Assembly (NCBI GenBank): GCA_000091205.1
Contig: AP006491.2
DNA length: 64,000 nt
Origin: Cyanidioschyzon merolae
Lineage: Eukaryota
Direction: 5' to 3' (one strand)
Part shown: positions 30,984 to 40,825 of the stretch, piece after piece
How the letters are laid out: every line of letters starts with the position of its first letter
Position numbering within the stretch: position 1 is the stretch's first letter
Made by a program: the position numbers and the translations under genes
Notes under the pieces: model-generated
The model's input: only the letters and a program-made list of their open reading frames with translations
Databases searched by the model: none
Told to the model about the DNA's origin: nothing

Positions 30984-31389
30984 TGCTCGAGTCACCTGCG
31001 GTTGCGAACGAGTCCTCAATCTTTTAAAGCAGCCGCCACGCCCTTCGTTTTGCAGCACGCACTCAAGCGGACGCTGGAGCTTCTCGAGACGACACGCGAA
31101 CCCGTGGTAACCGCAACGTACCAACGGACGCCAAATGATCATCAGCGGCGACCAGCCTGTGAGGTGAGCACCGTCTTTCACTTGTCGTCTGCAACCCAGA
31201 CTCGGTGCTCACTAGTCAAACAAAACCCCCCTGAAGACAGTTCAACCCTTGTTTACAACACAACGACCTACAGCGCGTATCTGGCTAGGCTAGTTCGAAT
31301 CCCGTTCCCAAGTCCCGCCTGCAGACTCATGGCTTGGCCTGGGTGGTGGAGGGCGGCAGCGGCGGCGGCTGCCGCCTGGTCACGCGCGT

Positions 31390-32046
31390 CTACGAACGCA
31401 TGATGGCAAGCGCGCGTTTCGCTTCCTCCACATGGGAGAGAAAGTCCATCTGACTGTTGTGCACCTTCACAACCTTACCCTCCTTGTCAATGACGTAGGT
31501 TACTCTCCCTGGTAAAACACCTAACGTATTCGGAACGCCGTAGAGCTTGCGCACCTTGCCGCCAACATCTGCAAGCAGACGAAAGCGATATCCCTGTGCC
31601 TCGGAGAAGCGCTTCTGCTCCTCTACAGTGTTCGAGCTGATGCCCAGCACCACAGCGTCTACGGACTCGAAAGCGGCGAGATCATCTCGAAAGGCGCAAA
31701 GCTCTTTCGTGCAACCGGGACTCGACGCTGCCGGATAGAAGGCCAGTACCACGGGTTTACCACGCAGCTTGGACAGGGTCACTGCTTCTCCATTCTGATC
31801 AAGCAGCGTAAAGTCCGGCGCCATAGAACCCTCCGTGACTCCAGCACTCCGCAGCGTGAAGAGCGAACGTCGAGCAGCGGCACCGTGGGAGCGTTTAACA
31901 GTCAGCAGGGCTGCTTGTCTTCCGTACCGAACTCGAGCGGGTACAGCCTGCTCGAATCCCTGGCTCGGGTAAGCTTGTGCTTGCCTTGCACCAGCCCTGA
32001 TGCCAGCGCGCTGAAGAGATTGCGTAAGCGTTAAGGAAACAAACAT
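31390..32046 (-). CDS. BCP/PrxQ-type peroxiredoxin with about 60-aa N-terminal extension (putative organellar presequence)
   Basis: DFTLLDQNGEAVTLSKLRGKPVVLAFYPAASSPGCTKELCAFRD...GRVTYVIDKEGKV is the atypical 2-Cys PrxQ/BCP active-site motif (PGCT..xC). The N-terminal Ser/Arg/Ala-rich segment lacks acidic residues, which is typical of transit peptides. Confidence 0.85.
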   Translation of the reverse strand: MFVSLTLTQSLQRAGIRAGARQAQAYPSQGFEQAVPARVRYGRQAALLTVKRSHGAAARRSLFTLRSAGVTEGSMAPDFTLLDQNGEAVTLSKLRGKPVVLAFYPAASSPGCTKELCAFRDDLAAFESVDAVVLGISSNTVEEQKRFSEAQGYRFRLLADVGGKVRKLYGVPNTLGVLPGRVTYVIDKEGKVVKVHNSQMDFLSHVEEAKRALAIMRS

Positions 32047-32630
32047 GAAACGATATGCGCTGATAGCTTGCTCTGTGCTTGGAAAACGTCCTCTCCGCGG
32101 TACCAGCTGGACGACTGGCAGGCGCCGCGCCGATGCGATCGTGTGAATGTGAAAGCGCGCACGCCTGGCGATGATGGCAACGTGGCGACGCCTCTGCGGT
32201 ATATGCCGCAGCAGCTCGGCATGCGCTGCAGGTACGACTATCAGGCGACGCTGATGTTTCTATAGGTGCAATCGCTGTCGCGGGCTTCGAGAGCGTCTCC
32301 ATACGGACGCACGGGTAAAACGGTGGTGCATAGGGCGGGGACGTCACAAAAAAAAGTAAGAAAAGAAAAATGCGCATAATCGGAGAATGCTGGCCGAAGT
32401 CAACGTTTTGTCAATGGAAAAAAATAGGCGGGGCGTCCAGCGCCGTTCATCGTGTGTCCTGTGGATGCAGGTGCGCTGGGGGCGCGTCCGTAACGCACGC
32501 CCACGCTACGTTTAAGCGAATCTTAGAACTCCAGTTTCGTTATACCCTGGTAGTCGTCGTACTACCTGTGGCTATCGATCGAGTGCTCTGCAACGGACTC
32601 GGGTGAACCTTTTGTGGAACAGTTTTATCC
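32047..32630. promoter_or_regulatory. Divergent intergenic region shared by the two PrxQ paralogs (putative bidirectional promoter)
   Basis: 584-bp spacer between the head-to-head genes. It contains an A-rich tract, aaaaaaaagtaagaaaagaaaaatg. Regulatory function is inferred only. Confidence 0.35.
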
Positions 32631-33110
32631 ATGAGTTCGGAACAAGCTCCAACCAAGGGGCAGCTTGCTCCTGTCATCAGGGCTACAGACCATAACGGAA
32701 CGTTGGTGGACACCGAGTCTGTGCGAGGTCAACGGCCCGTCGTGGTGTTCTTCTTTCCGCGAGCGTTCACCGTGGGCTGTACCCGAGAAGCGTGCGCGTT
32801 CCGTGACTCTTATTCGGCTTTCGAAACTCTGAACGCAATGGTGGTAGGCGTATCAGCTGATTCCCCACAGGTTCTGCGGGAGTTCGCGCAGCAACATAAA
32901 CTTCCGTTCCACCTTGTTTCGGATACCGACGGGAGCCTGCGCAAACTCTTCCAAGTGCCCAGATCCCTGTTCGGTCTTCTTTCTGGGCGGGTTACCTATG
33001 TCATCGGACGGAGCGGCCGCATTCTGGATATATTTAATAGTCAGCTCAGTTGGACCGAACACGTAAACGTGGCGAAGAAGGCTATCGCTGCAGAGGAGGC
33101 CGCTACATGA
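32631..33110 (+). CDS. BCP/PrxQ-type peroxiredoxin, second paralog without N-terminal extension
   Basis: VVVFFFPRAFTVGCTREACAFRDSYSAFETLNAMVVGVSADSPQVLREFAQQHKLPFHLVSDTDGSLRKLFQVP...GRVTYVIGRSGRILDIFNSQ. It shares the GCT(K/R)ExC, GRVTYVI and NSQ blocks with the upstream paralog. Confidence 0.85.
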   Translation: MSSEQAPTKGQLAPVIRATDHNGTLVDTESVRGQRPVVVFFFPRAFTVGCTREACAFRDSYSAFETLNAMVVGVSADSPQVLREFAQQHKLPFHLVSDTDGSLRKLFQVPRSLFGLLSGRVTYVIGRSGRILDIFNSQLSWTEHVNVAKKAIAAEEAAT

Positions 33111-34049
33111 CAAGTCGAGCGCCTCCAGAGCCTCGTCTGCTGGCGGCAGCTCGAACGCCAGCGGTGTTGAAAACGTCGCTCGCCAGTGATCGCGAAAAAT
33201 GCCGTCATGTGCACGCGTGCCGGCAGTTGGTTTCCCTGAAAGCAACTGCCCAGGTGTGCCTCGGTTGGTACGTACGGTGACGTAAAGCAGGGCGTGGCCC
33301 GCTGTGAAAAGTTTTCGTAGTTGAGCTCCAAGTTCCAGCATATTTTGAAGATCGAGTCGCTGCATCGCTGTCTCTGTGGTATATGATGCGCGCGCTGCGG
33401 TCAACTCCGAATAACGTCCGACGGACACCGTCCAGCAAGTCTGCAACGACGAGCGGGAACCCAGATACCCATGCATGCGGGATACCGACTCGCTCACAGA
33501 AGCTTGGCGACAGCCGCGCTGCGCGTGGGACGTCATGCGGCAGAAGCAGCAGCGTATCGATATCGAAAAGCTGTGCCTGTGAAGCCCAGTACTCAACCTC
33601 AAGAGACGTGCGCTGACAGCGAAAACCTTTCTCTCGGACTCGCCGATAACCGATGAATGACTCGTACGCATCATCATCGATGCATCGATTATCGACACAA
33701 ACGGTATCGAATGAAGAGCGCCTGGTCGCTGCAACGCTGGCAACTGCTCGGGTTTCGATTCATGCTGCGGAGGCTGTGCACCTGCCGCCAACGAACGGTA
33801 ACACTGCACTCGTGCGAGGCAACCTCGCCATGCTGCTGCCCGAGTTGAAACCCCTGCTCATGAACCTCAGGCGAGTGTCTCGCCGCGGATCTCGTGCCGC
33901 GGCAGTCGGGTGTGCGCATGCTTCTATGTATGTCTCTGTTTTTGTCAATGGTTACCCGTTCGTGTTGCCAGCGTCGTTGTAAAAACACCTCGACTGTGCA
34001 CGTACGGTCGTCGTCGACCGATCCAAACCACAAGACGCTAGCTGCCGAG

Positions 34050-36419
34050 TCAACGATTCTCGGCAGGTCCTTGACGCCGCATGTGGCGCTCGTAGTAGAA
34101 TTGCGCAAAGGTAGGCAGCACTCGAGAGGAGACCACGGATGAAAGCGAACCTCCAGGTTCCGGATGCGTACACGACGCACCCGATGCCTGGCGGAAGACC
34201 AGCGTTAGCTCATTTAGGAGCGTTTCGTAGCGGTAGCGAACACGAATAGATGGAACATTGGACTTGTGGATATCGTTCCCCTGGTCATTGGTGAGAAACC
34301 AGCGCGGTCCGAGCCAGTGCGCCTTCACACAGGGCTCGAAACCGCTCTGTAGCGCAGAGTTTCGCGCCAGTTCACAGAGATCCGAACTGCTCAGTTTCCA
34401 TATCTGAGCGGCTACCGAGTACTCTTCCATGAGCGGCTCGCGAGAGAAATGGAACATAAGTGGATCATCGGTGCTGAGGCTCACATTCAGCCCGCGTGCA
34501 ATAAACACTGGTACCGGTGACTTGGTGTAATCGACGAATAGCAGGTTATTGCCCAGCGGAGAGACAGCGAGACCCACTTGGCACAGGTAGTAGAGGTACT
34601 GCAGCACGGGTGCTTTTTTCAAGTTAATCCCGTGATTAATACCGTGCGCGAGGAGAAACGTCACTGCCAGGTGATCGATTTCGCCGGCTTCACCAGCATG
34701 TGGGCGGAATCGAAAGGTATGCAGGCCTCGATGCTCGCGAAACCTGTTCAAAACCCATAAATTAGCGTAGATGTAGTAGGTGAAGTATGCATAGGGCATC
34801 GGTGCTGAGGTACGCCACGCTAGCGGCGGTGGCAAGGTCAACAAGTCGATGCGTGGCTGCGGTACACTCTCGTCGTCAACGGTGTCGAAGCCTACAATCT
34901 GTTGCAGAACTGTGTGCAGCTCCGGATGCGTTGATGGATCTTGCGTGACCTCAAATAGCGGGAAGAAAATATTGTTCAACATTTCCTGAAAGGATTCCAG
35001 CAACCCTGCTTCGTGGTAGGCGCCGAACAAACGCGGAATCTGGATCAACCATCGGGCGTGATCCGAGTAGATTCGATGCTTGGTGAACCAGCGAGCAAGA
35101 CGATCCCACTCGCATCGTTTTTTGCCGTATATCGAGATTCGGGGCTCGATATGGGAGTACTTGCTCTCTACAAGATCATCGAGGACCTCGCGGGTGATTT
35201 CCGCCAGAAATCGGCCTTCGATAAAGTTGTCCGTTTTCAGAAACACTTCCCGAAGACGAGATTCTCCCAGCGGGGAATACTTGTTATTGAAGCGGTCAAA
35301 GCGCTGCACGGTACGCTTATCCGCGTGCACGTCGAGCGTGTCCACCGACAGCTCATACGCCGTGATGCCGAGGGAGTCGAACACCCCGGCCAGCGTCAGA
35401 ACGCGGCCATCGCGCTCAATCACTGGGGTGTTCGGCTCGGTCTTGAGTTTCTTCTTAATAAATCGGAGCAGGTGCTTCTGGTTCATACAGGAGCTGTGAT
35501 GAATATGCGTGTCAACCTTGCGGACATTATAAAAGTCTCGATGCGGCACTGTCATCTGCTCTAGCCGCTCTGCTTCATCGTTGAGTAGCAGATGCATTTG
35601 AAAGCGCAGAGAGAGTAGTTGCAGACGCCTGTAGCAGAACGAGCGGGAGTCGGGATCGTTCATGATCCCGATCAGCGTGTTCAGATCGTGCACGAAAAGC
35701 GCATAGGAGCCAGGAACAACGAACTTGCACGGTTCGCGGCTTGTCTCGGTTGCCGGTCTTGTGACCTCCATGATGCCATCACGAACTTCGAACGCGTAAT
35801 CGCCCTTCGCCAGGGCTGGCCCTCGAAAAGGATCATACGGTGGCGGGACGTGGATACTCAGGTCACAGTCGCGGTACGGAGGTGCCGGGTTCGCATACTC
35901 TGGGACTTCAGGTAGGTAGAGGTATTTCTCGCGGAGGGCGATAGCGTTTCGGAGCAGTGCACATACCCTGCGCTCGTCGGCGTTTAACTCGACCTCGTTC
36001 GTGATGAGTACTCGCTGAAAACCTCGCTCTGTAACCGCAGATCGGAGTGAGCGGAAGGCTTGCCCAAGTTCTCGCCGGAGTTCAAGCGTCTGTAACGCAG
36101 TCAGGGTCGCCTCGTCTACCGAGGCCGTGTTGTGCACGAGTTGGGTTCCGTCGCTACGGTCACCTGAAGTGGAGGCTTCTTGCGCTCGCAGAGGATCGGT
36201 AACAGGAACCAGCAGCGCGTCCCGTGCCCTCTCGTCGGAGCGCTCACCAGCTGCCACCGACGATTGAACTAGACGACGCCAGTGAGGAGACAGGGCGCGC
36301 TGTGCAAGAACCGGTTCGGCATCCTCCTGTTCAAGGTCATGAATCCAAACGAGCTTGCCACTATCTCTACCAAATGGTTCCATGAGCGTGCACGTGCTCC
36401 AGTTCCCCGACACCGTCAC
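34050..36419 (-). CDS. AMPD: AMP deaminase
   Basis: 789 aa. It has the metal-binding motif VDTHIHHSSCMNQKHLLRFIK, SLSTDDPLMFHFSREPLMEEYSVAAQIWKLSSSDLCELARNS, and a long central block colinear with AMPD/Amd1. Start is either Met1 (36419) or Met13 (36383); Met1 overlaps the tail of the Fanzor ORF. Confidence 0.9.
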   Translation of the reverse strand: MTVSGNWSTCTLMEPFGRDSGKLVWIHDLEQEDAEPVLAQRALSPHWRRLVQSSVAAGERSDERARDALLVPVTDPLRAQEASTSGDRSDGTQLVHNTASVDEATLTALQTLELRRELGQAFRSLRSAVTERGFQRVLITNEVELNADERRVCALLRNAIALREKYLYLPEVPEYANPAPPYRDCDLSIHVPPPYDPFRGPALAKGDYAFEVRDGIMEVTRPATETSREPCKFVVPGSYALFVHDLNTLIGIMNDPDSRSFCYRRLQLLSLRFQMHLLLNDEAERLEQMTVPHRDFYNVRKVDTHIHHSSCMNQKHLLRFIKKKLKTEPNTPVIERDGRVLTLAGVFDSLGITAYELSVDTLDVHADKRTVQRFDRFNNKYSPLGESRLREVFLKTDNFIEGRFLAEITREVLDDLVESKYSHIEPRISIYGKKRCEWDRLARWFTKHRIYSDHARWLIQIPRLFGAYHEAGLLESFQEMLNNIFFPLFEVTQDPSTHPELHTVLQQIVGFDTVDDESVPQPRIDLLTLPPPLAWRTSAPMPYAYFTYYIYANLWVLNRFREHRGLHTFRFRPHAGEAGEIDHLAVTFLLAHGINHGINLKKAPVLQYLYYLCQVGLAVSPLGNNLLFVDYTKSPVPVFIARGLNVSLSTDDPLMFHFSREPLMEEYSVAAQIWKLSSSDLCELARNSALQSGFEPCVKAHWLGPRWFLTNDQGNDIHKSNVPSIRVRYRYETLLNELTLVFRQASGASCTHPEPGGSLSSVVSSRVLPTFAQFYYERHMRRQGPAENR

Positions 36420-37263
36420 ACAACAAACGCCGGTCTAAAGTCGAATGTCGCCTGCACTGTACAGTACCGGCGAGAAATTCGCCCCGGACAAGACGTCTCC
36501 AAATTATTCGCGGACGCCTCCCCGTGGTTCTCGACCGGCCACCTACTACTGCTTCCAACTTTTGCTCATATAATTCCACTTTGAGAGGTTGCCCCACAAA
36601 ATTCTCTCTTGTCCACTCTGGAGGTCTAGTCTGCAGCACTACACATGTCCTTATATTGAGAGCTGCATTAAAGTCTCGGTTCACAAACTCCATGCGTTTC
36701 TTACCGTTGGTTGTTATGCTAACCAATGCAAGGAGTCCTCGAACTTGTGCCCTCCTTTCCATCTGCTCTTCCGTCAGCTGTCCGTACTTTTTTATATCCT
36801 CAGGGCTCCTCTGGCACTTTTCCATCTCGACCCTTTGAAGTGTGCACCCCAGTTCATGATGTGTATACGATGTCCGGAACTCATCTATGGGTATCGTAAC
36901 GAAACGTTGTGCGCACTCCTTGTACGTTCGTGTCGTTGGAGCTGGCGTAGTCCTTTTTTGGGTCTTCCAGCGCCCTGCTCTGTATGCTTCTACCAGCCTC
37001 TGACTTTCATCCTCCTTCAAAGCGTTCAACTGATTGAAAACGTTCGCGAACGCGCGCCGCTTCCCACAATACAGATTCATACGCAGACTAGCCCACCGGG
37101 GCTTTGTATACTCCTCCCACAGTGCATCCCAATGCGCAACGCGAGCTTCCATGAATTTCCGGAAAGCTTCAAAGTCCGCTCCGCGGACCGTCACCTCGCT
37201 CAAAGCTTCCAGGTGCTCCTTCACCCCTGCATTCCATCTCTCAACTTTCTTCCTTGCATTCAC
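36367..37263 (-). CDS. Fanzor/TnpB-like nuclease, C-terminal half (RuvC-II region, zinc finger, RuvC-III), the most intact copy (copy c)
   Basis: 298-aa ORF. The segment ...AQRFVTIPIDEFRTSYTHHELGCTLQRVEMEKCQ... follows the TnpB pattern G..V..V.E.YTS..C..CG (RuvC-II Glu followed by the zinc finger). NRDFNAALNIRTC is the RuvC-III D-x-N-A-A-x-N-I signature. By comparison with copy a, which stops after ...VAGRST, the native stop is probably near 36520, and the last 50 or so codons are fortuitous read-through. Confidence 0.7.
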   Translation of the reverse strand: MNARKKVERWNAGVKEHLEALSEVTVRGADFEAFRKFMEARVAHWDALWEEYTKPRWASLRMNLYCGKRRAFANVFNQLNALKEDESQRLVEAYRAGRWKTQKRTTPAPTTRTYKECAQRFVTIPIDEFRTSYTHHELGCTLQRVEMEKCQRSPEDIKKYGQLTEEQMERRAQVRGLLALVSITTNGKKRMEFVNRDFNAALNIRTCVVLQTRPPEWTRENFVGQPLKVELYEQKLEAVVGGRSRTTGRRPRIIWRRLVRGEFLAGTVQCRRHSTLDRRLLCDGVGELEHVHAHGTIW

Positions 37264-40000
37264 AATACCGGATTCTCGATAGCATCTCGATCTCGAGAAA
37301 TCTCAAAAGACGCATATCTTTCTGGCGCACGTTACCGTCAATGCCATCTTCCGCACGCTTCGGTTCAGCGACGGGTATGATATTCGTGTGTCCGGGGTCC
37401 GCGCCAATGACAACGTCGTTATCCTCTACCTCCTGCGCGGCAGGACCCGGCTCCTTCTCATCTTCTTGTTTCGCCGCACCAACGATAACGTCGTTATCCT
37501 CTACCTCCTGCGTCGCAGGATCCGCCACCTTTTTTTCTTCATGCTTCGCCGAAGCGCAACTGAGGACGGAACTGGACGATCCACCTTCAAGCGCCGATAG
37601 TGTACGCACATGGCTACTCCATCGGTTTCGATCATCCCAGTGAGTACCTTTTGGTTGCTCGTCTAGACACGTATGAAATCGAAGGTATTCGTCCAATGCA
37701 ATTCCCGGTTTTCGCCCGTTAACTCCTTATCGCTGACATCGAACTCCGGACTGATCTTCTCCATGATGCTGTAAAGGACTCCGGAGTCGATTGAGACAGA
37801 GTGCGGCTTGATGTTGCACAACGGAACGACGTTGAAGCGCTTACCCATTAGGAAAGCCTTCCGTTCCTCCAACCCCGTCATTTCGTTTCCTGACTCAGCT
37901 TCATCTCCGCATTGCGTTCGAGTTCTCGGTTCAGGAGCATGAAATAGCGCAGGATGAGGGATACCATTTTTTTCATCTTTTTTCGTATATGATACGTTTT
38001 CTGCTGGATTTGACAAGCCCCATGACTGCACGGTGCTCTTGAATAGCCGCACGGATCAAAGTAGCTTCATACTTTCTCCCGCGTGATATCTTCTTGACGA
38101 CGAATTCGATCTCCTGTCCATTCTGGCGATCGCTCGTGATGCCATTGATGATGGTCCATATCCCCTGGCGGGAGAGGCCCAGGTACGTTGCAAAAACGGC
38201 GCATATCATGAAGCGTTTGAGTTTCATGGTCATACGATTCTTCAGGTTCGTGAGGTACTTGATCGTCCCGTATGAGTTAATATCTGCGACACTCTTGTAT
38301 AGAGTACCGTCGAAGCGGTATTCGGGGTGATTTTCGTGGACGGCATGCACTCTCTCATTTCTCCTCGACGCTTCCCCTGTGCCAAGCATCAGGTGGCGAA
38401 TAAAAGTCTTGTTGAAAAATTCTCTCGGAACCTCGAATGTTTTGATGTCCGTCATATCGCGATACATCTCCCTCGCCATATGCATCAGTTCAGAAGAAGT
38501 CTTTATAATTCTCAAGGAGTACGACTCGACACGGTTTCTGATGGCCTCTCGTAACTTTTTTTGTATGGATCCTTGGTATACTTTAGAAGACAGGCTTTCG
38601 CTACCATCTCATCTTACTGTCGCCTTCGTGCAGCTCCTTCATCTTCGCCTGCTCCTCTGGACTCGGCAATGTTTTTCGTTTTTCTCTGGCAGCTGGCGAC
38701 ACCGACCCTTCGAAATCCTCCACTTCCATATCAATGACTTGCTTATATTTTTTGGAAAAGAACGCACTATGAACGCTTCTGCTGGAAAGCGCGAAAACCC
38801 ACTGAGCACACTAAACTGAGGTTTGAAAAACGATCGGATTCAAAGACTATACTTTGCTATGACTTGAACGCGAATACATCTTGGACGCTATCGTAACACG
38901 CTGATGCCGCGATGCCATGCCGTTTTCGTGCATGCGACAAGTCCCCGGCAACAGTGCACGCTCCGAATGCCGCATCGCGTGTTTCCAGTCAAGTCTACGA
39001 ATAAGAAGGATGGCGCTTCCATTCGACGGCTACATGCGCTTCTTGTCTCATTTTTTGTCTGACAAACCGTTTACATTTACCATGGATCCTAGATTGCGGG
39101 ATGGGTATTGGCTTTCGGGAAAGTGTCCATCATGCTGTACCCTACGTCAAATGTCTATGACCTGTTCTCGGATATACTGGTTATTTCGCACATTCTGTTG
39201 TGCGCCGACTACCTGCTCCGAGCGCCGCCCCCTGCAGCGCGCACACTGCTGGTACGGATGCAGTATGGAAGCAGCACGGCTTTGGGATGCCGCTGAGCGC
39301 GTCAGCTCGAAGCGCTGTTCACCTACAACGGGGTCGGAGTGCATAATCATTCTGGGAGCCTGCAAACCGCGCAGGTAGAGCTTCTGCGTGCGGCAATGCG
39401 ATGCGATATACTAGGAGTCCAGTGCAACCGGGGCGACGCCCAGACGCAGCCTACCTGCCCCTAGTCCCAGAGTGAATTGCGTTGCGGACGAGCTGCACAG
39501 ATGTCACTACAGCACCCGCCACTGCAGAGGAATACGGAGCAAAAACTCCGGTGGACTCGTCCAGCTCGCGGGATCTTCCGCCTAGAAAATAATCTTTTGA
39601 AAAAACGGAAAGTTTTCCCCCTTTCGAACGCTGACGATGCAGTTCGAACGAAATTGTTATCAAGTTGCTATTTCATGGTTGGTTTCTATCCCTTTTTCCA
39701 TAGCGCGGTCGATACCCGAACTTGGGATCGCCTCGGCATGCGAACGGTGGCATCGGGAACCGCTGGCCTGTGTAGACATTTTGTCAAATAAAAAACACAA
39801 ACGCTCCCTGGATCCTTCGAAATCCAATTCCCGATACAAATACTTGTTCGACTGCGGTGCATTGCAGTACTTGCTTGCAAGGAGCATTCGTTACTTTCCG
39901 AGACGCTTCCAGTAACCGCGCGACCGGTGATTCTGGTAAGGTGCATCGGGTGCTGACCCTGAATACCCGGACCCCCGCGCGAATGGCCAGGTGCTGGCAG
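36420..40000 (-). mobile_element. Fanzor-bearing transposon (copy c), lower-GC island; boundaries approximate
   Basis: GC content drops visibly between about 36500 and 40500. Consecutive minus-strand ORFs in shifted frames (37241..37696, 37663..38052, 37973..38515) lie upstream of the RuvC ORF, indicating introns or decay of the N-terminal half. It carries modules repeated elsewhere in the window: 39330..39800 matches 47860..48290, and 39050..39140 matches 60330..60440 (reverse complement). It also has a tandem peptide repeat, QEVEDNDV(I/V)(V/I)GA. Confidence 0.5.
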
Positions 40001-40825
40001 CTCGACGTCCGCCGCTCCGAATGGCGGAGCTCTCACAGGCACTGGACAAGCGTCTGCGTTTAGGATACGGTCTGGGGGAATCGCCTGCCTCGAGAGGCCT
40101 GGAAGATGGACTCTACCATGTCAGCTGGACCCGCCAAGTCTCTTCGCTGCCCTTGTACGACCAAAGCGATTGATGTTCTGCCTAGCGAAGACGTGCTTAC
40201 AACCTAAAGTTTGTGTGTCGCTTCCCAGCGTTATCAACCTCAGTCTATATGAGGTGTTGATACAACTGTCTGCTTTTCTTCCCCATTATCTCCGAATTGA
40301 ACTATGTCGATCTCTCCGTTCCATCAAGTTCCGCTCTTAGCAGTCGACGTATGTTATAGGCAGCGTTCAAGTTCCGATTTAGCTGCTTCCGGCTGTTGCG
40401 CACGAATATCATTCCCATACGCTAGTTCCGAAACCTCGGCTTGAACGCTGCCATCAACAGAAACCGACTGCTTCAACCGGAGCTGCAAGGACAGGCCAAG
40501 GCATTGTGTTCAAAGCCGGATTTAACAGAGAAGGAAAAGAGGCAGCCGCAGGAAAATCTTTCAAACGCTTGTGCCAAGAAAGACGTCTGGCGCAACCGCA
40601 TGCAGTTCTCGTGAGTGCACTCGCCGATCGCTCAGTGGATCCGTTCCACTTTGATACTGGCATGGGTGCATTGAAATAAAATGAGACAATGCACACCTAG
40701 CAGCTGCAATCGCGATCGCCAGTCGATGCCCTGGTGAACGCCGTCGTGAGCAGGTCTCGCGAATACTGTATGTAATTGGAACATATGGACATGAGCATAC
40801 CCGAGAGGCTGCGCTCCCGTCGGGT

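Noticed and set aside
31285-31305. GGTTCGAATCC word, which resembles a tRNA T-loop
   Set aside because: The flanking bases do not form a T-stem (ctag...cccg). No acceptor stem, D-arm or anticodon arm can be drawn. It is an isolated chance match.
32853-33809. 318-aa minus-strand ORF overlapping the 3' end of the second PrxQ gene
   Set aside because: It has no recognisable domain and overlaps a confident gene in antisense. A real gene starting at an internal Met downstream of 33110 cannot be excluded, but it is unsupported.
36367-37263. Interpreting the TnpB-like ORF as a bacterial IS200/IS605 element (contamination or HGT)
   Set aside because: It is embedded between intron-free but clearly eukaryotic genes (AMPD, SKA1, SPC25, NDUFA13) on one contig. 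It is multicopy with decay and apparently interrupted by frame changes. A eukaryotic Fanzor-type element is the better explanation.
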